Shown: positions 25,682 through 40,362, numbered from the stretch's first letter. The stretch: 64,000 nucleotides of DNA from Takakia lepidozioides (GCA_030704615.1 CM060731.1:72540001-72604000), one strand, 5' to 3'. The notes: generated by a model not told the origin, from the letters alone. Numbers and translations are program-made.

Positions 25682-28071
25682 GAGGAAAACACACCATATG
25701 ACCTCATTACCATGCCTGGAAAAATGTGGCAAAAGTCCCAAACCCTTGAATGATCCCGAGCATTAGACAACACCACCAATTTACTGTCTGAACCAGACAG
25801 TGTCGAGTAGGATGATAAATCAAATACATCCACTGGGATATTGGTCTCCTGCAACAGAGCTGACCTTCTCATCAATGGGAGCTTCATTGAGACCCAAATA
25901 GGAACGTGGGAACGTCCACACCGACCAATGAATGACATGGCTCGTGCATTATTCATCCGTCTAACTCGATTGAATCGGCAGGCCAGGCTTGGATGTCGTC
26001 CAGTGGTAATTGCATCCATTATAGAATCTGTTCATCCATGTGGACACGCATGGTCAACAAATCATGATTAGTATCTCACCAACCCCACAACTATAATGCA
26101 CCCACCTTCCTTAGTTAGGTCAGTGTGCTGCCGCCTTCCGTTATTTTTTATTTTAAATTCAAATTATTCAACTGAAAAAATGAAAAAAATAAATGAAAAG
26201 AAAAGTTTAAAAGCCCCCTCTTGGTAAAAATGAAACAAAGAAAGAAAAAAAGTAAAAAAACAGAGCCATCGGATGAGCCACAGAACAGCAGTCTGTTCGT
26301 CCAGTTCTCATCCATTGCCAGCCCTTTTACTGTTTACTTACGCTGCACGCCGCGTTCTTACGGTCCCGATGTATCTAGAATCGAATCGGACGGCGGAGGT
26401 ATCAGAATCGTGGCCTCTGGGCACACCAAGGCCTGTACCACTGTGTGCGTTGACGGGTGAGCAGTGGATGGATGAATGGATGAATGTAGCATCACGACGT
26501 GTGCCAGACATATACTGAGCGTGTCATCCGCCCCGTCATGGCACGTGTCAAAGTCGTGTCAATATAAATGATTCAGATTATATTGAGGGAATCGTCTCCG
26601 GAATATGGATGGACTTCGTCCGCATTCCAAGTGGCTCGTGTTACATCCATCCAGACAGGCGAGACCGGGCGCCCGCGCCAGAGCACGGCCGTGCTGGGGC
26701 GGGCATAGTGCTTCGCTCGGGCCCGCCGCCTCTCCATCTTCAGCGAAGGCAGCGTTGCTCGCACAATCACGGGGCGTATGAGCAATCCTGGTGGAAGGGG
26801 TGCGTATGAGCAAATCTGTGTGCTTGCGTTCGGATTAGGTCTGCAGAGGTGTGGGGGATTACTGTTGCGATAGCGATCTCCTCTATCTGTGTATTTGTCG
26901 TTAGTTTATTGTGCGCTCTTTGCAGTCCTTGTGATGTGCAGGAAGAGGGATCGATTCTGAGGGATTTCCTTTTGTTTTTCTCTCTTGCTTTATCTTTGTG
27001 TCGGTTTCTCCATCTGGCGGTTCTTGGGTTTTCTCGTAGAGTGACGAGAGTGATCGTGGCGGTGAGTGATCGGTAATCGCCAGCTTCCGTGGACTTCTGG
27101 TTTGCGGTCCCATGTTTGTGTCACTTTATTATGTGTCTCTCTCGCTTAGTAGTGTCGGCTGATTTCTTACAATCTGCTGTTTATTCTGGATTCGGATCCG
27201 TGTGCCGATGAAGTACCCGTGTGGATGGTCCTCTGGCTGAGGACCTAGGACTTTTACGTAGGATCGGTGCCAGTTACTTGCAGTGTGTGATTTTGTCTAC
27301 CTTCCAACCTTGGTTTTGGAGCATCTCTTCCGTTTTGCTGTGTTGCTCTGCCATCCCTTGAGTGCTGCCAATGTCAAAGGATCGGTTTTCTTGTAGTGAT
27401 CAATACCATCTGTATTCTCCACCAACACTGAGTGTCTGCGGTTGTATTGTTTCACCAGCGGTCTTCAATTGCTCGCACTCACAGCTTGATCTTTTATTTA
27501 TATTTATGTTCTATGACCGTCTGAAGCCACCGCAGTATACAGCAAACATCCGCTCCTTATTTTTCAGCTGAGAAAGTTCTACATGGCTCATGCTACCTGT
27601 GGAGGTGGTTGTTCATCAGGGATCGCTTTGGGACACCAGTGCTCTCATGATTTGAGCAAAGGGAGTTGTAAATCAATACACGAGTTCCTTAAAGTGATGA
27701 TGCGTTAGAACCGCAAATCGGCATTTGTAAGTATAGTAACGTTGTTTTCTGGCAATTCTCCTCACGGACCTTGTTGCAGGGGGTTTATAGGTGGACTCCA
27801 CCATTGCATCATTTGAATCCTCACCCAGATGACACACCCTGTCTCTACCGCAAGTGATACACCAAATGGTGTGCATGGATCCTATGCGACAGTTAGGAAT
27901 AACCAAATTGCGAAACTGAAATACTCATGACTGGACAGGTGGTGAAGGTTTCATCCAAAGAGAGGGGCGATACCAAAGGTGATGATTTTTGGGTCCGATG
28001 AGGGCGAGGAGCTTTGCTGGAGGCTAGAGGGAGCTGGCTTGATAGTGTGAGTTTGTGGAGGTGTGGCAGAA

Positions 28072-31000
28072 ATGGAACAGGATGACGAAGAATTTGAACA
28101 ATTGCTGGGTGAAATCCCGCATGCTACCTCCCCTAACCCACCGAACGAAGTTCCGCGGGCTACCTCAGCACCACCGCATCTCGAGGAATTACAGCGAGCT
28201 TATGGATCCGAGCTGGAAGACTGTTCCTTCGGGGTGCGTGAAGACGAGGTCCCAGTTCAGCCTTTTGTGGATATCCGGTGCGATGAACACTATGAAAACT
28301 TCTACCGGTCATACTCCGGTGGCAAAAAGCTCCCCCCACCTATGGAAATTCGCACAATGTATAATGAGCTCCCCATTCTCTCTCCGAAGTCTGCCTCCAA
28401 CCAGCTCTCCCCGTTTTATGCAGGGCTTGCGTTGGATAGTCCTCGTACAAATCAGCGGCAGCAACGGCAGCTGGAAATGCTCCACAAGCAGCAGGGTGCT
28501 CTACATCAACAACAGCAGAACCCCCTGCAGCTGCAACGGGAGCCCTCGCCAAAGAATCAGACTTCTGTTAACCAGCACTATGGAAACTCATCACAGAATC
28601 AAATGCTTGGAGATGCCCATACCCTGTCATCTGCCTTCGGAAATTTGAGCTTCGATGACAATTCAGTTTCTGTAGTATCCAATCGGGTTTCACAGTCACA
28701 CAGTAAGGATAATGTGGACAACCAAGGCCTTGGCAATGGATCTATTGATGTGCTTGGGAATGGCCATATGTCTAATGGACACGGCTCTGCTGTTTCGAAT
28801 GGGTCATATGCTCACATGGAAGCTTTTGGTGCAGGATCTGGAGGCTTTGGTTCAGGGTCAGGGGTTCCACTTGAGTCCTATGTGTCTAGGTCACCCCCTT
28901 CTTTGGATATGTTTGCAAAGGAGTCTTCTGCAAATATGGATACACTCGGTAATGGCATGTACAGCGGATTGGATGATTACTCTGAGACCTCTGCGCAAGT
29001 GTTTGAGAAAATGTTGCGGCAGCGCTCGCCAGGGTTAGACGCTTACTCGCGGGGTGTCTCTCGGGACAGCTATGGATTGGGTGGATCTTCTCATCATCAA
29101 CAACAACAACAACAACAACAACAACAACGGCAGCTGGATGCTGTGGCAGTAAATGCTATGCATGCTGCAGCACGAGTTCAGCCCCCAACATCTGGCAGTG
29201 AGTTTTACTCTGCCTCGTCTGCACAGCAGCAGTTCCCGCTTGATTATGATGTCACTGCATCCTTCTTCCAAGCTCAACATGTACAAGCCCAAGTGGCTGC
29301 GGCTGCAGCAGTTCGTGTGGCACAGGCACAGGCACAGATGGAGGAGGAGAAACAGCAACGACAGCGGTTGATATTCCAACGACAGTTGACTGACCAGCAG
29401 AGCCAGCTCCGGTTTTTGGCAACACTGCAGGCACAAGTGAATGGGACAGTTGGTAGCGGCTCCTATTCTAGGAAAGGACACTCTCCCACTCGGCCTGCCA
29501 GAAACTCTAGTACCCTACATCACTCTCTTCCTGCTCTGAATGCACATCATAACCAGGCCTTACTTCATAACCAGGCCTTGCATCAGAAGTTGCGGCAGCC
29601 ACAGACTGTGCCACAAGATGAGGCCTGGAGCACAAATATAGCAGGAGGAGGGTTAGTCCATCCTGAGGGTTTTTGCACTCCCTCAACTACTAACCTTTGC
29701 AGATACTATGCCCAGGGTTACTGCAGCCGTGGGGATGTCTGCCCTTTTGTGCATTCTGCTTCTTTTGGGAGTGCAAGAGGGTCCCACTCGGGGTCTGGTT
29801 CTATGAAGGAGGCTGCACGGCTTGCTGCATTAGTAGCACAAGAGGAAAGGGTCACACCAGCATTTAATCCTGAGAAAATCCTCCGGAGAACCTCAAGAGC
29901 AAACCACAGTATGTCTGCTGCCACCTCGGTGCCCACTGGAAGCCGTAGGAAAACTGAGGTGATGTCAAATGGGCACGTGACTGGCCACGGACATGGGTAT
30001 TCAAATGGGCATCATTCCCCTGTGTTGGGCAATATGTCTTCTCACCTCACCGATTCTCTGGCACATTCAAGATCGGTGGTCCAAGACTATCTAGAGTCTG
30101 ATGTCTCAAAGCATCTTAATGCAGTACCTCACCATTTGCAGCAGCAACCCAAGTACACTAAACTTGAAGAAGTTGAGGGCCGTATCTATTCCATAGCCAA
30201 AGATCAGCATGGGTGCCGTTTTTTGCAGAGGAAGTTTGACGAGGGGGGCCCTGAGGATGTGCAGAAGATTTTTGAGGAAATAATTGGGCACATAACTGAG
30301 CTTATGAAAGACCCCTTCGGAAATTACCTTGTCCAGAAGCTGCTGGAGGTTTGCAATGACGCACAGCGAATGGAGATTCTGCATGTAGTGACAATGGACA
30401 AGGAACTCATCAAGATCTCTTTGAACATGCATGGGTATGTACAACTTATCCAAATATGTTCTTGAAGTCCTTTTATTGTATACCATCTGCAGATGTTTCA
30501 ATCTTTCTGAGTTGTAGGGTTTAATGTGGGAGCTTTGTAACTGCTGGGGTTTTACCAGGAATGAAGATGAGTCCTTTGATCCTTACTTTTCTTGTCTTTG
30601 TTAGTGGTTCTGGATTTCTGGGCCTAGGCTGTTACGTGGTTGACCAGTGCTAGGAAGCCTTGGCGTTGGATTGCTAAGACTAGTCTCTCCCACTTCACCA
30701 ATGCGCGACATAACTTGATTCCACTTGATGTAGGATATGATGGCTCTTAGAGCCCAAGTGAGTCAGGGGTTAGATCAGTCATGTCGTATGAACCTGGGAA
30801 TTTCTCGAGGATCGTACAGTTGATGGAGTGTCCGAAGCATGTCAGATACTGACTCCTAACTCTTTTAAGTATTATTGTGGGCATTGTGTTTTCAAATCTG
30901 GTTCAAGTAACACCCATAGGTTTTGTATCCTGCACTCCGAGTACCGGGAAGTTTGAGGGTTTCACGAGTTGAAATCAAGATTTAAGGTTCCTACTACATT

Positions 31001-33976
31001 ATTTTTGCTGTTATACCAGTGGTGCTCTTCATCAGAGCATTATGACCTCTGTTGTCACTGAAAGTGGAGTCGTATTTTGTAAGAACCATGTAAGATAACG
31101 ACTCCTAACACTTCAAGTAGTGTCATGGGCATTGTGCTTTCGAATTGGGTTCGTGCCACACTTATAGGCTTTGTATCCTGCACTCCAGAGTACCTGGAAA
31201 AATGAGGGGTTCACTGTTACACTAGCGCTGCTCTTTGTCTAAGATCATTGTGACCCCTGTTGTCACTGAAACCTGGTAATTTTTCCTGTGTGGTCAATTG
31301 CTGTCTTGTGCCACAGGACACGAGCAGTACAAAAGCTGATTGAGACATTGCAGTCACCAGAGCAGGTGGTCATGGTGATCAAAGCCCTTGCTGATGGTGT
31401 AGTTGAGTTGATCAAGGACTTAAATGGGAACCACGTGGTACAGCGCTGTCTTCAGAAACTTAGCAGTGAGGATAGTCAGGTATGCTGTTTTCCTACACCA
31501 GTATTACATCTACACTTTTTCAGCATCATTTGTCCTCCGATTGATGCTTGTCTGGTCCTCCAGAAGGTCACTTTCCAAGTGTGTATGTTTTGAAGTGTGT
31601 TTATCCAGGCCTGTGACAAATGGTGGTTGCTTCCTTGCTATCTCCTTTTAAAGTGATTGCTAAGGATTTGTATGGGCGGTTGACCAGTGCGAACACTGGA
31701 CAGGTTTTAAGGATAACTAAGAGTTTGTTGGCTAGGCTTTTCTGTCATCTGCATGGTTCACTTTTTTGGTTGATGTAATTTGCTGTGGGAGGATCATGGA
31801 TGAGGGCATGGTGGGTGTGTATGTTCAGCTGGTGATTGTGGGTTCTTTTTGAGGTTTGACCTGTTTACTTTTCTCCATTGCATCTGAATCCTTTGGTGTT
31901 ATGCTCTGAACAGTTTGTCACAGTAAGGAAGTTAGGGCCATTCTGGGTACGTGTGTCCATTAAGGGGTTTGGGATTTGAGGGAAATTGTCTACCTTGGCT
32001 CTAGGTTGACTCTAGGTTGGATATGTATGTGTATATTTCTTCTGCATGCAGCTTGATTGTGTATGTGTGTATATTTTCTGTCTCATGACTAAAAGTTTTG
32101 AATACATACATAGGAACAAGGCTTATGATCAGGGTTTTTGTACATAGGGGCTTATGATGACTGTAAGAACCTACGAGACTGAAACCATGCAAATTTCGAG
32201 GAGAGGTGTTGAGGGATGGTAGGATGGAGGTTACTACTCAAGAGGACAAGTTGTATAATGTACCTCCATATTAGCTTGTCCTCCATACTTTTGTAAGAAG
32301 ATGTAACTTACTTGCAGGACATATGTCATCTGCCACACTTCCCATCACATGGTGTAGGCGAAATAAACGTGATAAATGTTTACCTGTGGTGGGATGTGCA
32401 GTTCATTTTTGATGCAGCAGCAGAGCATTGCGTGGAGATTGCAACACACCGCCATGGCTGCTGTGTGATGCAACGTTGTGTTGACTTCGCATCAGGGCCT
32501 CAGAGGCAGCGCCTGGTGGCTGAAGTTGCTGCCAATGCACTTGTTCTCTCCCAAGATCCATATGGGTAAGTTCGTGGTTAGTTTTGAGTTGCGTTAATCG
32601 TTTTGTGTAATGAGTGATGATTGTCTCCATGGCCCATCTAGCTACAGTGAAGGGTGTTAGTTTTGAATTAATCATGACAAGCTTTCAACCTAATCTAGTT
32701 TTTTCAAACCTAATGGATACCTTCTTCTCATTTTTTCTCGTGACCCAAAGCAAGTTTGTACACACAGGTTGATATGGTCTGAATGTACATTTATCCTTTG
32801 GTCCACCCAATATGGGAGTGTGGTTGGCTTTGAAAAAATGGGGTCAGCTTTTTCCTGATTTCCAGGGAGTGTAGCGAAATCAGAATGGAAAAGTGACGTG
32901 AAACTTTCCATGTCTGCTTTGAGTATGCTTGGGTGGTGGGCACCTTCAATGCTGGAAGTCCAAAATGTGCGCTTGGTCTCTCTCAATAAGTATTTGGTGA
33001 ATGGACTGAGATCATTAGTTTGCTAACCATTTGGTGCTCAGTAAAGTAAAGGCAGTGGAAGGCAAGCTTTTATCTACAGTGACCTGTTGAGCCACTGTTC
33101 AGCGCTAAACGGAGCATTGCGGGCTAGATGTGAGGTTTTTGTGTTCTTGTTCTTTTGGCAGTTCAGTTTGACTATGCTCCCCATTTTTAAATGTCTTCAT
33201 TAGACTTCTCGTTAAATTCAGACTTGCTATGAGCATAATTCCATTGAGAGGTTAGAAACATTACTTTGCATACCTTTCTCTAACACATGTGCATATTGGC
33301 AGCAACTACGTTGTACAGTATGTGTTGGATCTTAAAACACCCTGGTCTTCGACAGAGGTGATGTTGAGGCTGGAGGGAAACTATTCATATTTGGCTATGC
33401 AGAAGTACAGCAGCAATGTGGTTGAAAAGTGTTTGAAGTTTGGGGTTGAGGAACATCGTGCCCGCCTCGTGCGAGAGCTGATGAACAGCCCACGATTAGG
33501 GCAACTGCTCCAGGACCAATATGCCAACTATGTTGTCCAGTCGGCTCTTCAAGTCTCCAAGGTTTCTCCATTCTCTTGCTCTTAAAAGTGCTTGCCCACT
33601 CTTCTGCTGCTCATTATTCGACTGTCTCGTTTGGGTTCGTTTCCTTCTACTCTGAGCATGCTGATTGTACTGGATGGTACTTAAAGGTTCTTCCTCCTTA
33701 TTACTCGTCTGCGGATGCATGGTTCTCCATGCCATATGGAATGGGCTCGGTACAGTGGCTGTGCTGTTCTACTTGGCCTCTTCCACAGCACACAGTTTAG
33801 TCTGACCAGTCTATTGATGGGGGTTCTTCTACTTTTCATAATGTGCATATGACTTCTGGCTGAACCAGGGTACTGTCTACAACGGGCTAGTGGAAGCAAT
33901 GCGACCCCACCTTCCAGCCTTGCGCAACAGTCCGTATGGCAAGCGAATTCTATCTCGCACCAACTTGAAGAAGTGA
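28072..33976 (+). CDS. Pumilio/PUF RNA-binding protein with a CCCH zinc finger (APUM7-12-like); exons 28072-30434, 31317-31479, 32402-32565, 33303-33561, 33869-33976
   Basis: Eight Puf repeats (KDQHGCRFLQ ... QDQYANYVVQ); CRYYAQGYCSRGDVCPFVH; GT-AG junctions keep the frame. Confidence 0.93.
29098..29127 (+). repeat. (CAA)10 poly-Q microsatellite
   Basis: Seen directly in the sequence. Confidence 0.9.
30851..31272. repeat. Imperfect ~200-bp tandem duplication in PUF coding intron 1
   Basis: GACTCCTAAC...TTTGTATCCTGCACTCC...CTGTTGTCACTGAAA occurs twice. Confidence 0.75.
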
Positions 33977-36900
33977 ACATCTTGTCTCCTTAGCAGACAA
34001 CCGGCAGCTGAGTCCATCTCACGTTGCCCTCGGCTGAGGGCTATTTCTCTTGTTCTCTTCTTCCAACCTTTTTGTGTCTGATACAAAGGATGTCACTAGG
34101 GCTCTGTTCCTCTTTGCGATGCAAGATGTGGTGTACACTATGTTCGCGCCCATCTGTGCCTTGAGGATCACTTGCTGTTGGGAACCAGTGAGGATGCTGT
34201 GTTATGAGCACCATTGGTGTCTACGTCTACGCTACTCATTTTGGGAAATGTACAAATGGTTATGGGTTAGGGACTGAGGGTTACGGGTAAGGTAAATGCT
34301 CTACACTGTCCGGCCAATCTCTATTTTGGGAAGGATTTTAGGGGCTGAACAGCTTGAATCTGTAAAACACAGCCAGATCAGCTACATTATTCATGGGCTC
34401 CTGTGGTTTGAAAACCAGCTCATGTCCTCTCATTGCAAACCCACCTTTCCAGGAGTGGGAATGACTACTATGGACCAACATGAATCATCCCCACTTAAAA
34501 TTGCGGTGTAGGATTCATGCTCAGAAAATAAGGGGAAGAAATGGATGTAGTTGTCCCTGAATCTCTCTTTTGGCTAACATTAAATGAAATAGAGTGAGGG
34601 TCACACTGAAAAGTAACCAGGTCTGGGTATCATGACCTGAGAAAAGGGCATAGGTAGTCTAGGTAGTAAGGGCTGACGGGGTCAAGGAGCTCTCCTCCAT
34701 GGGGGTGCAGTTCAAGGCTGCATATCTTGGGTTCTCCACATGTGTGGAGTTCCTTTTCCCCTTAAAGAGGCAGGGCGACCATAGCCAGATTGTATCAAAT
34801 GCCAATTTTCTTCTGGCTATGGTGGAGAGATGTGATGTATTTGTTAAGTATTTGGTAACAGATCGTGCTGCAGGTACATACGCCCTGTGTGTTGCCCTGC
34901 ACTGTTGTACCGTAAAACACACTTTGTAACTCTTTCACATTTAATGACCATACCATTGCAGATGCCTGTTTCATGGGAGGCTATACAGCCTTTCAGAGCT
35001 GCCCATGTGTAGCTGGAGTGAATAATGAAGGTGTGGTATTGTCATGGTCTCCAGTGGGCTGGTGGGGGTCTCCTGGGTTATGAATTGCTCTGGTGTTTGA
35101 CAACTGAATTTCTAGTGTTTCTTTCTCTTTATGTCTAGTGTTGCTATTAGGGTTGATCAATTTTAGTGGGAAAAGTGTTGTCAGGAGGCATGATTCTCTT
35201 GGACTCAATCTGAGGGAATGAGGTACTTCACGTCTGGAGTTCTTTTTCCTAAGAAAAAGACTACTACTTCTAGACTTCAGATGACAAGTGATGAAGTGTA
35301 TGGCATGACACCTGGATATACTGCATAAGTCACCTCTCTCCGCAGGCCCCACTATAGGGCAAAATGAGTCAATCTCTCTGTCTCCTGTCCACTCCATGCC
35401 CCATTTATACTGTTTATATCAGTTACGACAACAGGGTGATACTCTCTGAAAATATAGTTGTGGAGGTTGAATGAATGAAGGTTGTGTGGAAATATATATC
35501 CAAGGCAAATTAGTACATGCTAAGCATTGCAGACAGGCATGATCAGTTCAGTACACAGGAGCAGCAGACATGCGCGAAGCTCCAAATAATTCCTTCAGGC
35601 AGGGCATCCTACTAATAGAAAACTATTCAGGTTATAATCTGTTGTTGCTTGCCCCTCTGATGGTTTTTCCACAACCTTGTAAACTTATATTATTTATTCA
35701 GCTCTGTGTAATGTAACTCCAAGAGGAAGATAAGGTTAACCTAGAAAGGGAGCCAGGGAAGCTATGTGTACACATCTATTTTGGTCACAGTGCAGTCATT
35801 CGCCTGTCTTGTGATTCATCGTAGACAACCCTCACTCAATAGTTGGGCTACTTAAAACTCAAAAACTTTGTTGTGCACTAGCATATAAAATTTCAAATTG
35901 GTTCATCACATATTGCGTGAGGAATGGTGGTTGGGCAGCATAAATAAAGCTGTAGTTTTTGATGGAAGCATCATTGTAAAGAATCTCTAGGTGAATGCGT
36001 GAATACACCTGCATTGATTACTCCTGTAGTTTCGCAGCAGGTCTTGAATATTGAACTGTCAAACGACTATCTTGTAAGGTACCCACTGTATTCTCACAGA
36101 ACATGTCCCAGCTCTCTTGCAAAGATCAGCGCATTCCTGCACATGACGAACACCAATGAGTAGAGTGGTTGGATAAAGAAAATTTTACCAAGGTTATGTG
36201 GTGGGCACACCCAAAATGTGCCTCCAATGACAACTTTACAATCTAGTCTCCACTTCCCTTCAACAAAAGGGCCCCACCAAGTGGTCAGGCATATCCAGGA
36301 ATAGCTGGCAAACTTTTAATAATTCTTCAGGCATTAGAAACTTAGAAGGAAAAGATCAGGAAGAATGATCCCTGTCAATGTTGTCTCCCCCACGAAACAT
36401 TGCCCATGAAATTGCCTTACTGCCGACCTCCACATTCCTCTCTCAAGTTGCCTCACTAGCTTGACTGCGTGGCAAACAGCTTACCAGTGCTCCGCAAACA
36501 GCTTGAATCTTGTTTGCTTTTGTGGTCACAGAGAGGAAGGCCATGCAAGGAGCTGATACCAAGGCCGAAGAGAACTCTATGTAACTGGGTAATTCAAAGC
36601 CTCTTCGGTTTGTTCAAAACTCTTTGAAACTACAGACTTCCACGACCTTCTCCTTGGAATTAATCTACACACTTGAAGCTCAGTCATGCTTGAAGCTCTC
36701 TCCAAACATGCAGATAAAGCAACACCATGGAACGACATACAGTCTGATTGCAACACAACTGACATTACGAAATTCAGGCTTTGAAAGCTCAATTCTCTGT
36801 AAACGTATGTTCAAGCTGAAGAAACTACAAACCGGATCTGCACAAAAGAAAAACACACACTTCGCCAGTTCAGTTTCCTATAAATGATCGAAGTTGACTT

Positions 36901-37065
36901 GCCATGATGTTCTTGATCTGAAATTCAGGTAGAAGTTTAGGGAATCCTCCAACGATCTGAGGTTGGAGCCTTGGTCTAGATGGCACTTCACAGATTGACA
37001 AAAATTCATGTTGATAATACAAAGAAAGTTAACACAGGCTAACTTCATACCTCTTCCCCTACTGG

Positions 37066-40000
37066 TCATCTGGTCTTCTTGAATCTCTTCTGGCTACCTT
37101 TATCCTCTCTGCTAGGACCTCTCTTTCCTCTACTAGATGCACTCGCCTTAGGCCTTTCCCTGGCCTCACCATGCCTTTTACCATCTGCTTCATGACTCTT
37201 GCCAAACCTTTTGAAAAATTTGCCATGTGGCCGCTGGTGACTACCAGTCATGAACCCTGCAAAATACCAGCTGAAATTGGTGAGCTTTTCAACATATCAG
37301 ATCTCCAATGCCCACATGCAGCACCTAAACACCTCTCTCTCTCTCTCACTCTCTCTCACACTCTCTCTCTCGGCTGACCTCAAGGGTTTCCCCACTCTCG
37401 GCACTAGACTGAAATTCAAACTCAGGGCAGGTAGCCTACCTTTGATTAGCAAACAGACGCAGAGAGGAAAGGGGGATTGGAAGTGCCCGTTGTGTGGGCA
37501 ACCTGAAGACAATATCCACTTCCTGAATCCTTGTCCTGGGTACTCTCACCAGAGAGACACCCTCTTCAATTCCATCAAGGGAATTGTTCCTGTACCTCTG
37601 GTCACCAACTTTAGCCCAGGCCCTTTTGGGGTCTAGTTATTGTTTGTGCGAAGGGATTTCTAGAGGAAATCTGGAAAACTCGGATCAATTGCTTGTTTCA
37701 AGGTAAGTCATACTACTGGTTTAAGCCCCTGACAAAGATAGTTTCTGTCCCTTTGTGTTCCACTCAAACTGGCCACAAGGCTACGGCAAACAGCGTATTG
37801 CGAGTACATTCTCTCGGCTGGCTAGTTTGGAGTACCCCAGAACTGGTTCCATTGGACCCCAAGTATGCCCTCAAGCGTACACAACAGCAAACATCACATC
37901 GGCCAATACCCACCAAAGTAGCAGCTATTTATACCATTACTTGTAGATTTTTGAAACCAAAGCCCAACTCTGTTTGGGGCCCATGTGCCTGTTGGGCTTC
38001 CAGTAGGCTGACAGATATTCTCTTCTCCTCTCTCTCTGTCTCTCTCCTAGGATCACGACAACCTCTCAAATAACATGACTTGCACTGCCTCCTCAACAAT
38101 AATAACTCCAGACACGACATAACAAAAGGCAGAGATCCAACCTTCATCAGGCTCCTCCCCTACTTCCCGCCGATACCACTCGGCATCATCAATCTCCTTC
38201 TCCTCCACTAGCCCTGCACTGGTCGGTTCCTCGTCAGCATTTTTATTGTCCTCATCATCCGTATCCTCCTCACCATCATCCTCCGCTTTCTCCTCTAGAG
38301 GCCTCCTCCTCTTTCGAGCATTTCTTTCCTGTTCTTTCCTCTTGACATTGGCGTCCTGCTCACCCTTCCGCTGCTTCCGCAGCGCTTCCCGTTTCTCCAT
38401 GTGCTCCCTTAATGCTGCCACCTCCTCTGATGTCTTCTTTACATATTCATGAAACATGATACCTCCAGAGCAGAGGCCTTCTTCGACTTTCACCAGCTGA
38501 AGAGTCATGCGGGGCCCCACTTCATGCAGTTTAACAGAACTCTGCTGCGATGCGTGATTACCTTTACCATACTCATCTGCCAGCTCCACCCTGCCTTCAT
38601 CCTCTGCCTCACTCTCTGAGCCATACCCAGCCCTACCATGACAAAATCTCAAGTAAGATGGTCATTACTTAACAGGAAATCCCCTACCGAGTAATGCAAC
38701 ATGGGAAGGCAAACAACTCAACAAAAGAAACTAGAAGTTCCAAACCTGAGTGGAACGGTCCTACCTGAAAATTTCCTACCTGAAAATAAAGAGGACAGGG
38801 GAATGGTGCTTACTTGATGACAAACTCACTCACATCATTCAAATTCCTAAGATCTGGGAGCTTGCGGCGTTGCACAAGCTTGCGAATATTACGAGACACG
38901 CCAGTTGGCTGTGCTGATATGGAGTAATGTCGAAAATCAATGCACTTGGTCTTCTTGTCGTAGTTTAAAAGCAATACCCTCTGGCAAGTTGCCAGTTTCA
39001 CCTGCGCCTCACTCCAAATCCAACCAACTGCGCTCAGACTACAATCAGAGGTGCCCCAGAATATACCCCTTCCCTATACTACACAAGTAAGAGAAAGAAT
39101 GCTGGTATGATGCAGAGGCTACAGATTTCCTCATGGCAATGCGAAAATATTAAGAGGAGATTGAGTTTACCGTGTTGACATTAATGGCAGGAAACATGTT
39201 CTGGAACATGATGGTGATGAGCTTCAAATGTTCTTCTCCAGTTCCAAAACCATTGAGCACCACCTACAAACCCCACACTTTGACCATTCCACTCACTTCA
39301 CAGTATCCTTCCATTGTCTCTATTCACATCCTTCTTCAGGTGAAATCCCAAATCACTGACAGTTTCTGAACCCATATTAAGCTCCAACTGACATGAAAAA
39401 CCTAGGGTCAAGATATAATCTTACCAAAGGAGAAGTCTTGTAGATGGATGGGGGGGCCCGAGGGTGGGCTTGGGCGCGAGCAATGTCAGCAGCCAATGAG
39501 TAGGCATGAACCTTGAAAGTCAGTGTGGGACCATGTGGGCTGCGTGCAATCCGCAGATATGGGGCTGTCTTTGTATTGGACATGACTAAGAAGTGTGTCA
39601 CACCCAAAGGCGCCGCTACATGCACAAAGTCCTTCATTTTGTTCCGGCTTGTTTCCTACCCAACCAGCCCAAGATTTTAAATGGAAAGACGAAGAGGAAG
39701 AAAGAGGCCTTTCCCACTTCTCATACCCACAAAATATAATACCCAGAAGACCCAGAAGTCGAGGGATACAAACCTTAAGATTCATGGCTGTATGCGGCAT
39801 CATAAGCTTGCGGAGATCATGCTGAAGGTTCCGCAGCAGCGCTGGCAGCTTGCCGCGCGCCAACACAAAACTCTTGGGCACTTTGTTACCAGGCGGCGGC
39901 ACCGCTTGTGTCTGCGATACCTCTTGTGTTTTCTTCTTCTTCTGCAAAAGGCCAAAAACTCACATAAGAGAAAAGCAAAGCAAAGAAAAGCCACGTCCAA

Positions 40001-40289
40001 GTTAAAGAAGTGCTTTCAAACACTGTCAACAGACAACACCTTAAGGAAGCTCCAAGGGAAGAGGAAACAATAGTAAATAGAAAGGAAAACAGAAAGAATG
40101 CTGTCTCGCAACTTAGAGAGCCAGTCTAAGAGTATCACAGAAACCCACTGTATCTGTAAAACAATGACCAGCTATTACAACTCCTCACTGATTTCATGAG
40201 TTCCCAACAGAGGGTGCAGACGTACTCAGTTTCTGAGCCAAACCGGGGAGTCTCAGCTCACACATATTCTGGAAATATCGTAGAATAAT

Positions 40290-40362
<73 letters not shown>

